A stretch of DNA of 63,036 bases, filler included, from Octopus bimaculoides (taxonomy: Eukaryota): the NCBI RefSeq assembly GCF_001194135.2. It is 7 parts of 7 records of this genome, joined end to end, with 100 filler letters (N's around TTAATTAATTAA, not from the genome) between each part and the next. Parts side by side here need not be neighbours in the genome. Positions count along the whole stretch, not along the records: positions 60,713 to 63,036 come from NW_026367738.1; 6 more parts are not named here. One strand, written 5' to 3'. A model generated the notes under the pieces. That model was not told the DNA's origin, made no database searches, and saw only the letters and a list, made by a program, of their open reading frames with translations. Made by a program: the position numbers and the translations under genes. Positions 63,005 to 63,036 of this stretch are shown piece after piece (within the stretch, counting starts at the first letter, position 1; the number at the start of each line of letters is the position of its first letter).

Positions 63005-63036
<32 letters not shown>

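Overview
AT-rich, gap-ridden eukaryotic genomic window with dense microsatellites. The SINE families and repeat style look like an octopus (coleoid cephalopod) genome; this is recognition from memory, not a database result. I cannot support any host gene beyond one weak candidate start exon (46039-46080, minus). Most ORF-track entries are artefacts of microsatellites, N-gaps or transposon relics. The window is a stack of mobile elements. There are at least five SINE families, labelled A-E here as my own names; A, B, C and E have tRNA-like heads, while D's head is lost in a gap. There are R4/Dong-like RLE LINEs that repeatedly start right after (AAT)n tracts, plus RTE, CR1 and probable Tx1/L1 relics. 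Penelope-like (PLE) RT and GIY-YIG fragments, two mariners, a pogo-like deletion derivative and piggyBac-like MITE pieces are also present. The best novelty candidate is a ~400 bp composite at 32426-32830. It combines a tRNA-Ile-like Pol III head, (AAT)n, a PLE-type terminal region with a minimal type-I hammerhead ribozyme and an inverted terminal copy, all inside one target-site duplication within a LINE ORF. Also notable are two more degenerate hammerhead motifs, a 225-bp-arm foldback, an RTE LINE whose ORF ends in three C2H2 zinc fingers (two divergent copies back-to-back), and a CR1 3' end that shares its tail with SINE family A.
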